A stretch of 64,000 nt of DNA from Camelus dromedarius (GCF_036321535.1 NC_087437.1:12216001-12280000), one strand, 5' to 3'. Counted from the first letter of the stretch, positions 26,687 to 40,402 are shown. A program made the numbers and translations. The notes: generated from the sequence alone by a model not told the origin.

Positions 26687-27244
26687 AATTGGGAGGAATG
26701 GGGGAGCGACTGGTGGAAAGATCATTTCTACTGAAACATTTAAGAAAAATGAATATAAAATGTCATCAATATGTTGATCCAGCTGTGAAGTTAATTAAAT
26801 ATTACAGTCCTGGCTGAACAAAAACAAAAACTGAGATTTCCTGGGGAGTACTGTTTTTGTTAAAAAAGAAAAAAAAAGACATTTTGCCCTTATTTAAAAG
26901 AGCATTCCTTTCTTGCAGCAATTCCTGTCAATGCTGCTTTTTACTCTTTTTTTTTTTTTCTCTCTCTCTTCGTGCAAAGGTACAGGAGTAAACCAGGCGC
27001 TTCGCATTTTTGTTTACCAAACTCTTTGGTCACCAACACTGTGCAAGTCTTTGGTTTACTGAAAACTGTTGCTTACAGTGAAAATCAGGAGATCTGGTAA
27101 CATCTGAACTTTCTTCTGAGCCAATGAAGAATTATTCAATGACACTTAGTAGAATTTTACAACTGTGTATTATGAAATCTTTTAACCGGTCAAAAAGGCA
27201 AAAGTTCATCAGTGATTCAGAGACCAAAGTGGGTAGATGGTGAA

Positions 27245-27450
27245 GACGCAGAACCTAGAGTCAGCCTGGTGGTTTCAGTACAGGCTCTGCTATTTACGAG
27301 CTGTCACTTTCGTTACTTCCTGGGTTGTGTTCTCTGTGCCTCTGTTCTTCAAGGATAATCCAAGCACCTTCCTAACAGATTTGTTTAGGAATTAAGTGAA
27401 CTAGTACATGTGAAATGCAGGCACCGAGTAATCACTCAAAGGTATTAGCT
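27245..27450 (+). mobile_element. MIR SINE
   Basis: ctagagtcagcctgg...ggctctgctatttacgagctgt...ctctgtgcctctgtt...ggaattaagtgaac. Confidence 0.7.
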
Positions 27451-27967
27451 AGTATGATAATGTGACCGTATATGTGGTTACCCTTCGTCAGCTAAAATAT
27501 TTTATTTCCTTGAAAGCTTGATTCTCTGTACTTCCCAATAACAGAATAGTCTACTTCAGGGGGAAATAAAAGGCTGTGGTGCCACAGTGGATTAGAATCG
27601 ACTGATTTACTGGATTTAGGCTTTTTATTTTTTTTACAGTTATCATATTCGTCATGGAAGAATCAGAGTGTAGCTAAGGATGAACTCAGCCTTAACCATT
27701 ACTGCCCCTCCCTGAGTCTGAATCACAAAACCACCATCACATCTGAAACTTCCTTGCTGTTAAACAGATTTTTTTTCCCCATAAGTGGATTTTTGCCCTA
27801 TAAACTTTGAAGTTACTGATACTAAATGAAGATTAAATTCTAGGCTTAAAACTAGGGTAGTGAAAATTTGGGACAGGCATGATAAATGTCCTACAGAGCC
27901 ATCATTTTTTCCTATTAATAGTCTAAGTTTTATAGGCCTGGAATCAGGATTCCCCTGATCCTCTAAA

Positions 27968-28159
27968 GCAGCATTATCTAGCAAAACTTTCATGATATAA
28001 ATGATTTTTGTGCCATCTGATATAGTAGTCACAGGCTATATACGGCTATTGAGCCCTCAAAATATAGCTAGTGCAACTGGGGGGCTTAATTTTTCATGTT
28101 AATTCATTTTAATGTAAAGAGATACAAGTGGTTAGTGACTACCATATTGGACAGCACAG
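27968..28159. mobile_element. MER3-like hAT-Charlie MITE
   Basis: atagtagtcac...ggctattgagc...aaatatagctagtgcaactg...gtggttagtgactaccatattggacagcacag. Confidence 0.75.
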
Positions 28160-28720
28160 TTATAAAGCATCCTTCTTCATGTCATTTCTGTTTTCTTGCA
28201 AATCGTAGAACTAATCCCCCTTATCTAGACATCAGAGCTTTAGGAAAAGTAAACATCCATCTACTAGCTGAAAAACCTGAGGTAGGTAGGAAAAGCCTAG
28301 AATGACAGATGTTAGCCTGGGCTACAAATGATGCTTGGTGACGTCAACACTTTGAGGACAAGCTGAGCCACACTGGGACTCTGACCGAAACAACTATGCA
28401 TAAAATAAGACAGCCAGGAAAGCCAGAAATACATTGATGTCACTGCGATGATATCGCTAAATGACAGAAAAAAGAGAGCAAAGATTTTTTTAAAAGCAAG
28501 TACTGCATTAAGTCATTTTTTTGGAGACAGGGAGTGTATGAAGCTCAAATAAAAATGAAATAAAATAGGAAAAAGTAGACAGAACAATTAGAAGGTTACA
28601 TCAGTCTTGGGCCATTCACCAAGGGGAAGAGCTCGACTTAGGGCAAACTCCAGAGCATGTCACAGTATCCTGGAGAGCATCTTAGCACTGACACTAGTTC
28701 ATCAAGAAAAAGCTTATGTA

Positions 28721-28812
28721 GGGGGAGGGTATAGCTCAGTGGTAGAGCACATGCTTAGCATACACAAGGTCCTGGGTTCATTCCCCAGTACCTCTATTTT
28801 AAAAAAAAAGAA
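28721..28812 (+). mobile_element. Vic-1-like SINE
   Basis: GGGGGAGGGTATAGCTCAGTGGTAGAGCACATGCTTAGCATACACAAGGTCCTGGGTTCATTCCCCAGTACCTC plus A tail. Confidence 0.9.
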
Positions 28813-31668
28813 AAGAAAAAACATGTTATCTTTGAAAATTTCCTTTGATAAAAGTATATGCTTTTAAATGTTGTATAAAAAGCATTTAAGAAAAGTTGTG
28901 GCATTTGGAAGGATAAACAGCATTCTTATGTGGAACCACTCCTTATGTGACCAACCTTCTTGGAGTCAGCAGTCTTCATTTCTGACTCCACTTAGAATAT
29001 TCTGAGAGCAACATGCGGTCTGAAAACCCCAAATACAAAGTATTTTGGGCCCCCTACTCCCTCAGCATGCTGGGAGAGTAAACGAAATCCATGACATGCC
29101 ATGACAGGCATGTGATGACAAGAAACTTTATCCAAAAGGCTCTATTGAAGGTAGTAGGGGCTGGTTGAACTGCATAATTAATACTTACTAAAGGTTAGAG
29201 CCAGGACATGTGGATAAGCTGCTGTCTTTACTCAGGAAAGAGAGAAAGGAAGGAAGGAAGAAAGGAAGAAAAAGAAAAGAGGGAGGGAGAAAGGAAATGT
29301 CCTTAGTTTTCAATTATGAGATGGTTGTATAAAAATTCATATGTGGTCCCTCTTTGCGTGGGTGTTTGGCTTATTGTGAAGACTTTGCTTGGTGTTTCAC
29401 CTTATTAATTAGGGCATCTGTTTTACATATTGGTTAACATAATGCATAGAGCATGTTGGATCAGTTTGTTTCATAAATAGCTAGATTTCTAGATTATTAG
29501 ATTACTTCAGGAAAATGTAATGCATGACTAATTAAATGGCAACAATGGAAATGGCCATAGGAAGCCACAATAGAAGAACCAGCACAAAGCTGAATAAAGT
29601 ATACACCTCACACCCCCAAGTAATAATACATATAATGGGCAGTGGGCAGGACTGGGAAGAGACGATGGTTTAATGGAGGTGGTGCCATTGGGTTTCAGTA
29701 CTGAAGGATGGGGAGCATTTGGGATGAAGAGAGGGGGCCTTAGAAGAATCTGCTTAGGCTTAGAACTTAGGTTCAGGGAATACTGGGGGAGCGACGGGTG
29801 GTGTCCTTAGCAGATAGTTCACCGCAGAAGTAGGGAGGTGGGTGGGTTAGGTTGGTATTGAATATATTGAATACTAAGCTGATTTGTTGAGCACAAAAGA
29901 GCCAGCAATTTCATTGCACTTAAATTGTTGAAAAAGAAAAAAGTGTTGAACAAGGAACAGCGGATGGATGTCAAACTCTAATCACTGAAGTGCTCAAACA
30001 GTGCTTTCAGATGAAGGTACATTCGTCTCAGGCCTTTATTAGATCAAAAGCCCTATTATTTTCTCTGGACACTAAATATTTCTACTATGTAAAAGAATTT
30101 TTCACTGTGACTGAATAGTATTTAAAAGAATGGGCTTATTCAGCCAAAGAAAACAAGCTTTAAAAACTTAAAATTAAAGAAATTTTGAATGTAGCTCGAA
30201 TGCTTATAATTTCTCATTTCTTGCATAAGATATAGTTTGATATTTTAAGATATGTTTTCTGTTTCAACAGTGAAGTGAAATTTCAATAAAGAATATGGTT
30301 TCTCTCCCCTTCTCCATACCTTTAAAAAACTTGGTAATGTTGAAATTCAGGAACATTGAGTCATAGATACATTGGGGCTTGGGTTTTGGTTTTGTTTATC
30401 AATAATTTGCAGTGACTTACAGAAAAAAAAAACAGTGAAATCAGTTTGGTCAGATATGAAAAAAACAACGAAGTTTTAGTTTCAGCAGAAAATTTTCTTA
30501 TTTTCTAAGTGGATGTTGAAATTTGAAGATTTATAAATTGTAAACACATTCTTGTTGAGTTTTATGGTGATTCTGTATTTACAGCAGAAATTAATACCTT
30601 AGAGAAAGTTTACCAGACCTGTGAGTGCCTCTTAGCTGCACCTTTGTTTATTGCCATTTAAATGACTGGGTAACAAGACGCCATATACTCGTGTTCAGGT
30701 CCCAGTGGCATTTTTTAAAGAATGTTGGCCAAAGAGTCATCTCTTCTAATCCCCAATTACCTCTGTCTTTTCAGCCCTCAGCCATGACTGAGAGGCAGAA
30801 CCATTTTGTAAGACCCAAAGGCATGGGCTAGTTGAATTTAAAAGAAACTTCTGCTTTTGAGAGACTAGAACTCCCTGAAATAGCCATTGTCCACATAGGA
30901 GTAAAGATACTGAAAACATCCTTTTCACTTAAGATCAAATTTGAGATCTCATTCAGGAGAGGCACGGTCAAGCAACTAAAGAGATAAAAGACTGGCAGAG
31001 CAAGTCAAGAAGGCTTTGTTTTGACTTCAGATGATACACCTTAGGGTTAGAGGGAATTCCAGTCTTCAGGGAGCTATGAGTCTGCCTTTCAGGCAGTTCC
31101 CCAGCGTCTGGCAGGGCCAAGCATCAGGAGGTGATTGGAGACTGTTGGGGAAGGCTCAAATTACGGCTGTGCAAAGATGAAAGCAGATGCATTCGTGAAG
31201 AAATTACTAAAAGTTAGCTGCCTGTATCTTGCCCCCAGGCTATGATACATCTTTTTAAAAGCAGCACAGTAATTGAGACTTAATAAAAAAAAAAAGAAAA
31301 AAGAGGGAAAGAAAATTCTTCTAGTTTCTAGATTGATCATTGGTTCAAATAGGGCCACTCACTCAGTCCCTTCTGTGGCTTGTTGTACCAAAGTGCATAG
31401 GATAATGTAAAATGGATAAATGTTCAATGTGCACTACATCCTACTCTTTCTATTTCAACTTGAAGCCCAGCGTTCTAATTAGCAGTGTGAATCTTCATTC
31501 TTGATAGATTGGCACCTGAGGGGACATTGAAAACCAGTGTTATTAGTTTCTAAGAAAAGAAAATCGAGATGGATGTTCAAAGATCATTTTGTATTAGTAT
31601 AATTATTATCAATTATCTGTTGAAAAACTGTCTAAACAGGTAATGTCTCTGCACAGATTCCTATTTTT

Positions 31669-32077
31669 TTATTGAAATATAGTTCACTTACAAGGTTGTG
31701 TTAGTTCCTGGTGTACAGGCAACTGATTCAGTTACGTGTGTGTGTGTGTATATGTATGTTCTTTTTTCAGATTCTTTTCCATTATAGATTGTTACAAGGC
31801 ATTGAATATAATTCACTGTGCTGTACAGTAGATCCTTGTTATTTATCTATTTTATATATAGTAGTGTGTATATGTTAATCTCAAACTCCCAATTTATCCC
31901 TCCCCTGCCTTTCCCTTTTGGTAACTATAAATTTGTTTTCAATGTCTGTGAGTTTTGTAAATAAGTTCATTTTTTGAGATTTTTGAGATTCTTCATATAA
32001 GTGATAACATATATTTGTCTCTGTCTGACTTACTTCACTTAATATGATGATCTCTGTGACTGAATAAAGAAGTTGTG

Positions 32078-32128
<51 letters not shown>

Positions 32129-33037
32129 TATACATACATACATATATATATATAATACTACTTAGCCATAAAAAAGAATAAAATGATGCCATCTGCAGCA
32201 ACATGGATGGACCTGGAGATTGTCATTCTAAGTAAACCAGAAAAAGAAAGAAAAATACCATATGACATCACATGTATGTGAAATCTAAAAAAAAAAAAAG
32301 GCACAAGTGAATTTATTTACAAAACAGAAACAGACTCACAGACATAAAAAACAAACTTACGGTTACCAGAGGAGAAAGAGAGTAGGAAGAGATAAATTGG
32401 GAATTTGAGATTTGCAGATACTAACTAATATATATGTAATAGATAAACAATAGGTTTCTACTGTATAGCACAGAGAACTATATTCAATATCTTGTAGTAA
32501 CCTATAATGAAAAAGAATATGAAAAGGAATATATGTATGTACATAGATGACTGAAGCATTATGTCATACACCAGAAAGTGACACAACATTGTAAACTGAT
32601 TATACTTCAATTAAATAAATAAATAAATACAAGAAAAATATTTTGATCTCTAGATCTATCCATGTTGCTGTAAATGACATTATTTTATTCTTTATGCCTG
32701 AGTAATATTTCATTGTGCACATATATATATTTATATTTATATTTATATTTATATTTATATTAATATTTATATATATACACCAAATCTTCTTTATCCAGTC
32801 ATCTGTCAATGGACATTTAGGTTGTTTCCATGTCTTGGCTATTGTAAATAGTGCTGCTGTGAACATTGGGGTGCATGTGTCTTTTCAAATTCAAGTTTTT
32901 TCTGAATATATAACCAGGAGTGGTATTGCTAGATCATATGGTAGCCCTATTTTTAGTTTTTTAAGGAACCTCTGTAATATTTTCCATAGTGGCTACACCA
33001 TGTTACATTTTTCACCAACAATGTAGAAAGGTTCCCT
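31669..33037 (-). mobile_element. 5'-truncated L1 (host of a nested opposite-strand L1)
   Basis: Antisense L1 3' end split at ~32055/32637; TSD agatt(c/a)ctattttt at 31655-31668 and 33038-33051; ORF2 tail peptide [18 protein letters not shown]. Confidence 0.9.
32056..32636 (+). mobile_element. L1 3' end nested in antisense L1, containing (TG)n(TA)n microsatellite
   Basis: Sense L1 3'UTR ending tatacttcaattaaataaataaa; near-TSD aatatgatgatctct/aatattttgatctct. Confidence 0.9.
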
Positions 33038-33816
33038 AGATTACTATTTTTAACTGAGGCCACATACAAGCCAAAAAAGGAACCATTCATTTCAACCTTA
33101 ACTTGACTAAATTAGTATTAGAATTACTAATTAATAATAATTCTATACTCAAAAAATGTGTCTTTTATCCTATGACCTCTATAAGGTGTGATTCTTTAAG
33201 AGAGGGTTCAAAAACACTGTGGGATGAAATCCTTAGTACCAGGAAACTGATAAATGTTCTCAAAAGATATTTGCCTTTCCCTGGATAACTTCTGACATTG
33301 ACAAATATGCATTGTCTCAGTATCTGAATTTAATTTACTAGAGGTGGAAGGATGGTACAAATAAAATCAACTCTAGGCTTCTTTGGCTTCTTTTTAGCTT
33401 AACATATCTCTAGTGGTTTTCTAAGAAGCATCTGACCTATTTGTACTGACCCAATCCATTTACTTCCCAGGTGGCCACTCATAGGTAGAATGATCTGCCA
33501 GTTTCTGAGACTCTTTGAAGGGACAGCATCCATTGAAATCCTGCTGCCTGTTGTCTGGGAGTAGCTGAAAGCCTTAGGACCGTGACTGATTGAGCCATTC
33601 ACATGGAGAGTCAAAGGGCTTTCGTTTCAACCCTGTGGTGTTAACTTATTTCCACCATATCCTCATTTAGGTATTTACCCGTTTAATCATGAATGGGTTC
33701 CTATACTTCTGTGTTTCAAGTACAACTTTTAAAAATAAATCCTTATTTGGCTAGTAGGGGAGCTTTCTACTTCTAGGAATCCTCAAGTGAGTTCTTTGTT
33801 AAGAAGTGTAAAATCA

Positions 33817-34391
33817 GTTCATAGCACCACTATTTACAATAGCCAAGACATGGAAACAGCCTAAATGTCCATCAACAGATGACTGGATAAAGCAGCTGTG
33901 GTATATTTAGACAATGGAATACTATTCCGCCATAAAAAAAAAGAATAAAATAATGCCATTTGCAGCAACATGGATGGATCTGGAGATTGTCATTCTAAGT
34001 GAAGTAAGCCAGAAAGAGAAAGAAAAATACCATATGATATCACTCATACATGGAATCTTAAAAAAAAAATGACACAAATGAACTTATTTACAAACCAGAA
34101 ACAGACTCACAGACATAGAAATCAAACTCATGGTTACCAGAGGGGGAAGAGGGTGGAAAGGGATAAATTGGGAGTTCAAGATTTTCAAATATTAACTACT
34201 ACATAGAAAATAGGTAAACAACAAGTTTCTAGTGTACAGCACAGAGAACTATATTCAATAGCTTGTAGTAACCTATAATGAAAAAGACCATGAAAATGAA
34301 TATATGTGTGTATATGTATGACTGAACTATTATGCTGGACAACAGAAATTGACACAAAATTGTAAACTGACTATACGTCAATTTAAAAATA
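33817..34391 (+). mobile_element. 5'-truncated camelid-type L1 3' end
   Basis: gttcatagcaccactatttacaatagccaagacatgg...gtaaactgactatacgtcaattt; near-TSD aagaagtgtaaaatcagtt/aagaagtatgaaatcagtt. Confidence 0.92.
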
Positions 34392-34584
34392 AAGAAGTAT
34401 GAAATCAGTTTGACAAATCCAGATTTTTATAAAATAAAGTTGCTTCTGTAATATATGAAGTGTCTTCCTTACCTTCTGCTGGCAGCATAGGGGCATGAAA
34501 ATCAGCTGTGACGGATACGTGGGTTGTAAGATTGGGCATTGGAGATGCTAATAGTTCTGATGACGTCCAAGTACAGAATTCTTT

Positions 34585-34730
34585 TAGCCCTGTTACTGCA
34601 CGTGCAGTCTGAAGACCAGCCACATCAGCCTTACCTGGGAGCTTGGGAGAAAAACAGAGCCCCCGGTTCCAGGTCGACTGGATTAGAATCTGAATTCTAA
34701 CAAGAGCCTCAAGTTTGGGAAGTCCTGCCC
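34585..34730. mobile_element. MER5A-like MITE
   Basis: gaccagccacatcagccttacctgggagcttg...ttagaatctgaattctaacaag...aagtttgggaagtcctg. Confidence 0.6.
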
Positions 34731-36039
34731 TACAGCTTTATAAACGACGCCCAACACCAGCTCATGTATCCTTCACAGTAATACCTGAGGAAAAGCTATG
34801 ATTTCTCTGCCCTTCCCTCTCTCGCTGGAATTCTCTTCCAATGCAGGAAATCACTGCCAGTATTTTTTTTCTAACAACCCATCAATGGCATGTCTAAGTA
34901 CACGGGCATTTGCCAGCATCATCTGCTTTGGGGAAAGGTGATTTGAGGTAAACAGACAAATAATATATCTGCCTTCTGAAGAGGGGATGCTGCCCCTCTG
35001 AGAGCTTGCAGGACCAAGAGCAGAGCATGACAGTCAGCGAACGGGTGGCAGTCCATGGCTGACCGGTGTGTGCTTTGACTCAGAACCTGTGGTCAAGATG
35101 AAGGAGAAGATGGGGCCACTGTGAAACTGGAGATGCTTCGTAGACAAAATAAGAACCATCTCCATGTCTAGGTCTTTGCTGCATGGGTGACCACCTGAGA
35201 GATAATGATACTAACATGAAATATTCATGATTTAAAAAACAACGTCATGCCAGTGATAAGAATCTTCCGGACAGTTTCTGAAAGAGGAATTGAATGCTGG
35301 GGCAGGCAGAGAAGTCGAGCTTTTAGCTGAGGGGCATTTATTCTGAGTAGAAGTTAGCCTGGAGTATCCACTGATATTAGGTAAATCATCTCTTGCCTGC
35401 TGAAGAATTCCTTGCTCATCTTGCCATTCTGAAGTCTGCGCTTAGACACCCTCTCTCAACTCACCTGGCAGCAGCTTTGATGTTGTAATTTAGCTCATAG
35501 CTGGGACGGACTGAGGCAAAGTGAAAGAGGCAGCGACTGAGCTTCTCTGCCCGCGAGGGACGGTGAGGGAAGGGGAGTTGCTGGGCACTCTAAGAATTGG
35601 ATTTCCTGTGTAGATCCCAAATAGACTTACCATTTGTATGTCTTTTTTTTTTTTAAACATTGATGAGACTCCTCTAGTATGCAACTTAGCCAAGCTGTGT
35701 AAATTACTTTGGCTGGGTCTTCCAATTTAGACTAAGGCCACCTAATCCAGCCCATCTCCATAATAAGGCAGCCCCCAGGGACAGGCTCCCAGAAGTGACT
35801 GTCACAGAAGCTCAGGTTAGAGTCGGGTCACCTGGGCATGCTGCCGTCCTCACCAGGGCACTATGCTCCCTGACCCTCCTCCTTAGCACAGGGCTGCCCA
35901 CAGAAGGCCTTGTTAGCCTCTCTAGGGCTTTACCTTCCCTCCATTACGACCCTGAAACGGAGTGACCCAGACCTGTCCCACCTTCAGACCTAGAAGCAGG
36001 TAACTTGGTGGCTGCCTGTGCACACTTTGGGATTGGACT

Positions 36040-36180
36040 ACCTAGGCTGAAAGCTCCCCTTGCCCTTGGAATTGTACGTTTGTAAGCACATGGCTTAACT
36101 TCTTTGGGTCCTCGATTTCCTGCTTTGTTAAATGGCTGTTGTGAGGGTTGAGGTGATGCGTACACAGTGCCTGGTACCTT
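36040..36180 (+). mobile_element. MIR fragment
   Basis: ggcttaacttctttgggtcctcgatttcctgctttgttaaatgg...ttgtgagggttgagg...cacagtgcctggtac. Confidence 0.55.
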
Positions 36181-38461
36181 CTCCCCTGGTACTAAGGGGG
36201 GAAACCTACACTGTCTAAGGACCAGCAATCCATCTAGAAATGTTCCTTTCCTTTCCTTCCAGCTCTGAATGGGAGAAATCCACTAGCTTACCTTCTATAA
36301 AAGATATTCATAACCTTCCAGCCACCAAGCATCCCAAAACAGACACTTACTGTAGAAACAGATTTTTCTTCCTCTTTATGTATCTACTTAGATGGAATCA
36401 CCTGTCACTGACAACCTGCAGTCTACACATTCAGCAGAATTTGTTGAACTACTTCTTATGTAAGGTTTCTAGTCTCAAGGATTAGATTACTTGCAGAGGT
36501 GACTTAATGTAAGTTTCTGGAGAACTAATACAAAGCAAAATATGTCAAGGAACTTAAAAATCATGCAGACTCAGTGCAATGTAGATCCTGAATCCGTAAA
36601 AGAAGCTTCTTGAAGAAAGTGCTATTTGAACTGGGAATTAAGTGGTCTTATTAGGATTTCAACCAGCAGAAGATGGAGAGGGTTTTCAAAGGAAAGAAAT
36701 GAGGCAAGCCAGAATCAGCTGGCAAGAAGGAAAAGGAAGCTGTTTGGAAAGCAACTAGTAGCCCAGTTTGATTTTTCCATTTGACTGGGGAAGGGAGTCT
36801 GCCAAATATAGAGCAAGATTTGAATGCATCCTTAGAAGGGTGCATCCTCTGTTTGCTTTTCTGCTTTTCTGGGGATCTGTGGTGCCAAGAGAAATGTCAA
36901 CTCAAGCCTTGGGATATACAGTCCCCACTCTCCCCAGCCTCCATTGTCCACATTTGGACTTTCTGGATTATAACAGCAGCTCTGAAGTCTTTGGTCCTTA
37001 TTTATAATCTACACTTGCGACCCCCTTGGAAATCATTCAGATGAGTGGCAGCCTCTCCCTTGGAATGTCTAGGTGAAGAGAGACCAGCAGTTCTTTCCAG
37101 GAACCTTGCGAGAGAAGAACAATATGGAAAAGTTCTAGGGTGGGGCTAGGTGTAGGCATTACAAGGAAAGCTGTTCCCAGAGTAGGGAGTGGTGAGCGAG
37201 GAGGAGGGGGTCAGCCATGAACCAGAGACAAATTTCCCTGATTAAAATACAGATCAAAGCTGCATTACACACTGAAAAATAAAAAGCAGCAATGTGAGAT
37301 AGCAAGATGGAAAAAACAAAACAAAACAAAACACAGTTTTCATTGACCAAATCGAACACTCTTCAGATAATCTGTCATAGTGCCAGATGCTAAAGAGTCT
37401 GTCTTAACTGATGGGGACATTAGGTAAACCAAGTTCTCCCATTGGTGAATCACATCACTGTCAGCCTTGTATTTTAAATGTCTGGTGAGCAATGTTAACA
37501 ATAAGGCTAGAAAGTGGATTCTGGCCAATGTGAGCCCATGGCCAGGCATCTCAAGGCTACACAGGTCCATGAACAATAAATTAAACCAATGGAGGAATTT
37601 GGGTGGGTGGTGTGACTCAGGACTCCACTCAATCTTCATTTAACTTGTGTGATTAGCTCTTTGGCATATAGCGTGCCTAACTTTACAGATATAAAATTGG
37701 GGAATATAAGATGATTAGAGAAACACAGAGATCTTTTGTGATTTTTGTCCTCACACATAAGATGATGTGGACTCAGTTGTTAGCAGAAGATGATCTGGAA
37801 GCTACCCCCCCAAGGTTTTTTTGTGGGCTGGGATATCTTAGTATATAATTTATATGTTTCAATTGTTTTATTGGCTCCCTGTAAAGCAAAATATTGACAA
37901 TAAAATAGCTATTTTTGTCTTACCAGCCACTGCACGTCTTTGTTCCTCTGTGTTTAGTGGCTGCATGTTCCCCTCTTCCAACTGCTTTGCTGATCCTTTG
38001 ACAAACAGCCACAGACGGGGATTCCAGAATAATGTCTAATCTTTACCAGCAAAATGTCTATCCTGCTGACCCCATGGAAAACTAGGAACATATTGAATAT
38101 ATCACGGAACAAATTAAGGGTGTGAGGCTTAATGCAGCCAAGGGAGTGATCATAATGCCATTTGTCTGGGAGCCTTGAGTGATTCTTAGAACTCCAGCTT
38201 AGACATTTAGTCATATTGAACATGGCAAATTTCAAAAATAAAAAGAAACTGTAGAGTTTAGCACTCACCATTTTTCAAGCTTGATAAAAGGATGAATCCT
38301 TTTCAGTCTGGCTGCTTCAGTGGACAGGAGGGACAAGGGAACAGACAGTAGTGGCTTAGATTGTCCAGATGTCTGTCTGTCCTCTTGATTCACCGTTACT
38401 CTTCTTGTCACAGAGGTCATGCCTAAGAGATATACTAATTAAATAAAAAAGGGACACACTG

Positions 38462-38590
38462 AGGTCCTGGAGTCAGAGTGCCTGCGTTCAATTCCTGGCC
38501 CCATCCTTTGCTGGCACTGTGATCTTAAATAGGTTTCTCAACCTCTCAGATCTTCAGTTTCCTTACTGGTAAAATGAGAATGGAGGTAAA
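38462..38590 (+). mobile_element. MIR fragment
   Basis: ctggagtcagagtgcctgcgttcaattcctggcccc...ctcaacctctc...cagtttccttactggtaaaatgag. Confidence 0.75.
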
Positions 38591-38684
38591 GATGCCAGGC
38601 ACTTGGAACCCTGTCTTATGTATAATTAGAGCTTACCCTTATGATTATAATTTGTTGACTACCCTTGATCTAGATGTTCAGTGA

Positions 38685-38900
38685 GTTGAGGGATTGGTAA
38701 ACTTTTGCTGTAAAGAGGTAGAGAGTGAATATATTGGGCTAGTGATCTCTGTTGCCGCTGTCAGCTCTGCTGTGCTGCAGGGAGCAGCCACAGAAGAGAC
38801 GTAAAGAACTGGCATGGCTGTGGCTGTGTCCCAATAAAACTTTATTGACAAAGCAGGCAGAACACAGGATTTGTCCTGTAGGCTGTAGTTTCAGCCCTGA
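38685..38900. mobile_element. MER58A-like MITE
   Basis: ggattggtaaacttttgctgtaaag...gcagccacaga...ggctgtgtcccaataaaactttatt...ggctgtagttt. Confidence 0.75.
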
Positions 38901-39019
38901 AGTAATGCCTTAGGCTGCATCAACTCTTTCTCCAGGCTGCCTCAGTTATATACAGGCTTCTGGAACTGAGTCACTGCCTTTGTCTGGTCTGCACAACAGA
39001 CTTGCCAGAGATTTTATTT

Positions 39020-39285
39020 TTTAATGAATGCTGGGCTGCATATTCTGATAGTTTGGTTGAGGTGAGGCCCCAGCCATTGGTGTTTTATACAAGCTCTCCA
39101 GATGGTTCTACGGAGCAGCCAGAGTGAGGAACACTGATGACCAAATTTACTGAGGCTCTTGTTAGAAAAAGAAAACAGGTTTCCTGATCTCCACCCACAA
39201 ATTCTGATTCGGTTCTGGATTTGGGCCCAGGAAGCTGTATTTTAACAAATGCACCAAGTGATTCTTTGGGCAAGTTTGGGCAACA
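39020..39285. mobile_element. Two MER5-like MITE fragments
   Basis: attctgat...ggtgaggccc...acaagctctccagatggttct...gagaacactg and attctgattcgg...gggcccagga...tgtattttaacaa. Confidence 0.55.
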
Positions 39286-39949
39286 TGCCCTCCCTTTTCT
39301 ATTCCTTCTATTAAATATTACTTGATCTGTAGCTTCTTCCTGACACCTAGACTGGGACACCAAGTGAGGGCAACCCATTGTTCTAATTTCTGGAGAAGCC
39401 ACTTACTGGCCAAAAGAGTTACTTCCAGAGTGGAATTTTGAGATTTGCTCCAAACTAGAGAGTGTGGCCACCATGTGACATGGATTTTCCTGGGTGACTG
39501 AGTTGAAGTGACATGTCTCATTTCCAGAATAAGAGTCCTAATTTTATATTAAAGAAGAATAATTCTATACCAATTAAGAAGATAGTTTGGGGCCAAAAAG
39601 CTTTCCATTTTTTCATTGTTTTTGAGTATAGAGGATACATGGAAATTATGCAAGATCTGACATTTGTTTATAAGTGACAGTGACTGGAAACTGGTGAAGG
39701 GAGTATCCATGTGTTCTAGGAGTGGCAAAGGAAGGCATTGAAAAGTAGTGTTAGTATGAAATCAGCACTGTTTGGTTATTCCTTGCCTCTCATCTAACGT
39801 TTAAAAACAAATAATTAAGGGAGGAGTACAGGTGATAATCATATCAGATTTTGAAAATTCTAGTACAGTGGAAATCAGACAGGTAGCATGCATGTTGATT
39901 TCTGGTACCAAAATAAGGTTCCTCTTTTGCCGTCAGAACATCAGTGAGG

Positions 39950-40402
39950 CAGGTGCTGTCAAGTGCTAACAGTCATGTCAATACCTTTCTCCCATACTGG
40001 CTTCCACCAAAGAGGCTAGAAAAGCTACTCACTTTCCCAGCTCCCCCTGCAGCACGGGCTGGTCATGTGAGAGTTCTGGCCATCAAGACTTAAGCAGAAA
40101 GTTGGAAGAGTCCTTTTGAGAAAGCTCTGGTTGTCCTGGCAAAAGGTGTTCACCCCCCTTACACCTCTTGCCCATCTTCCTGCACTGATGGTGGGGACCA
40201 TCTGTTACCATGAGGCAGAAAGCCAACGTGTTAATGAAGGTAGAACGAAGACAGGGGATCGGGGGTCTTTGATCTCTTTGAACTGCACTCCTTTTCTGGT
40301 TTGCTTCATCTCCAGACTGCTGTCTATGTGACACGCTCAAATACTTTTACTGCTTCAACCACTCAGAAATTCTGTTACATGCAGCCAAAAGAGTTCCTAA
40401 CA
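39950..40402 (+). mobile_element. MLT1-type MaLR LTR (old, MLT1K/L-like)
   Basis: cactttcccagctccccctgcagc...ggtcatgtga...gttctggcca...ctccagact...ttctgttacatgcagccaaaagagttcctaac. Confidence 0.7.

Noticed and set aside
28721..28795. tRNA-like sequence with A and B boxes
   Set aside because: Head of a multi-copy SINE with A-tail and TSD-like flanks, not a tRNA gene
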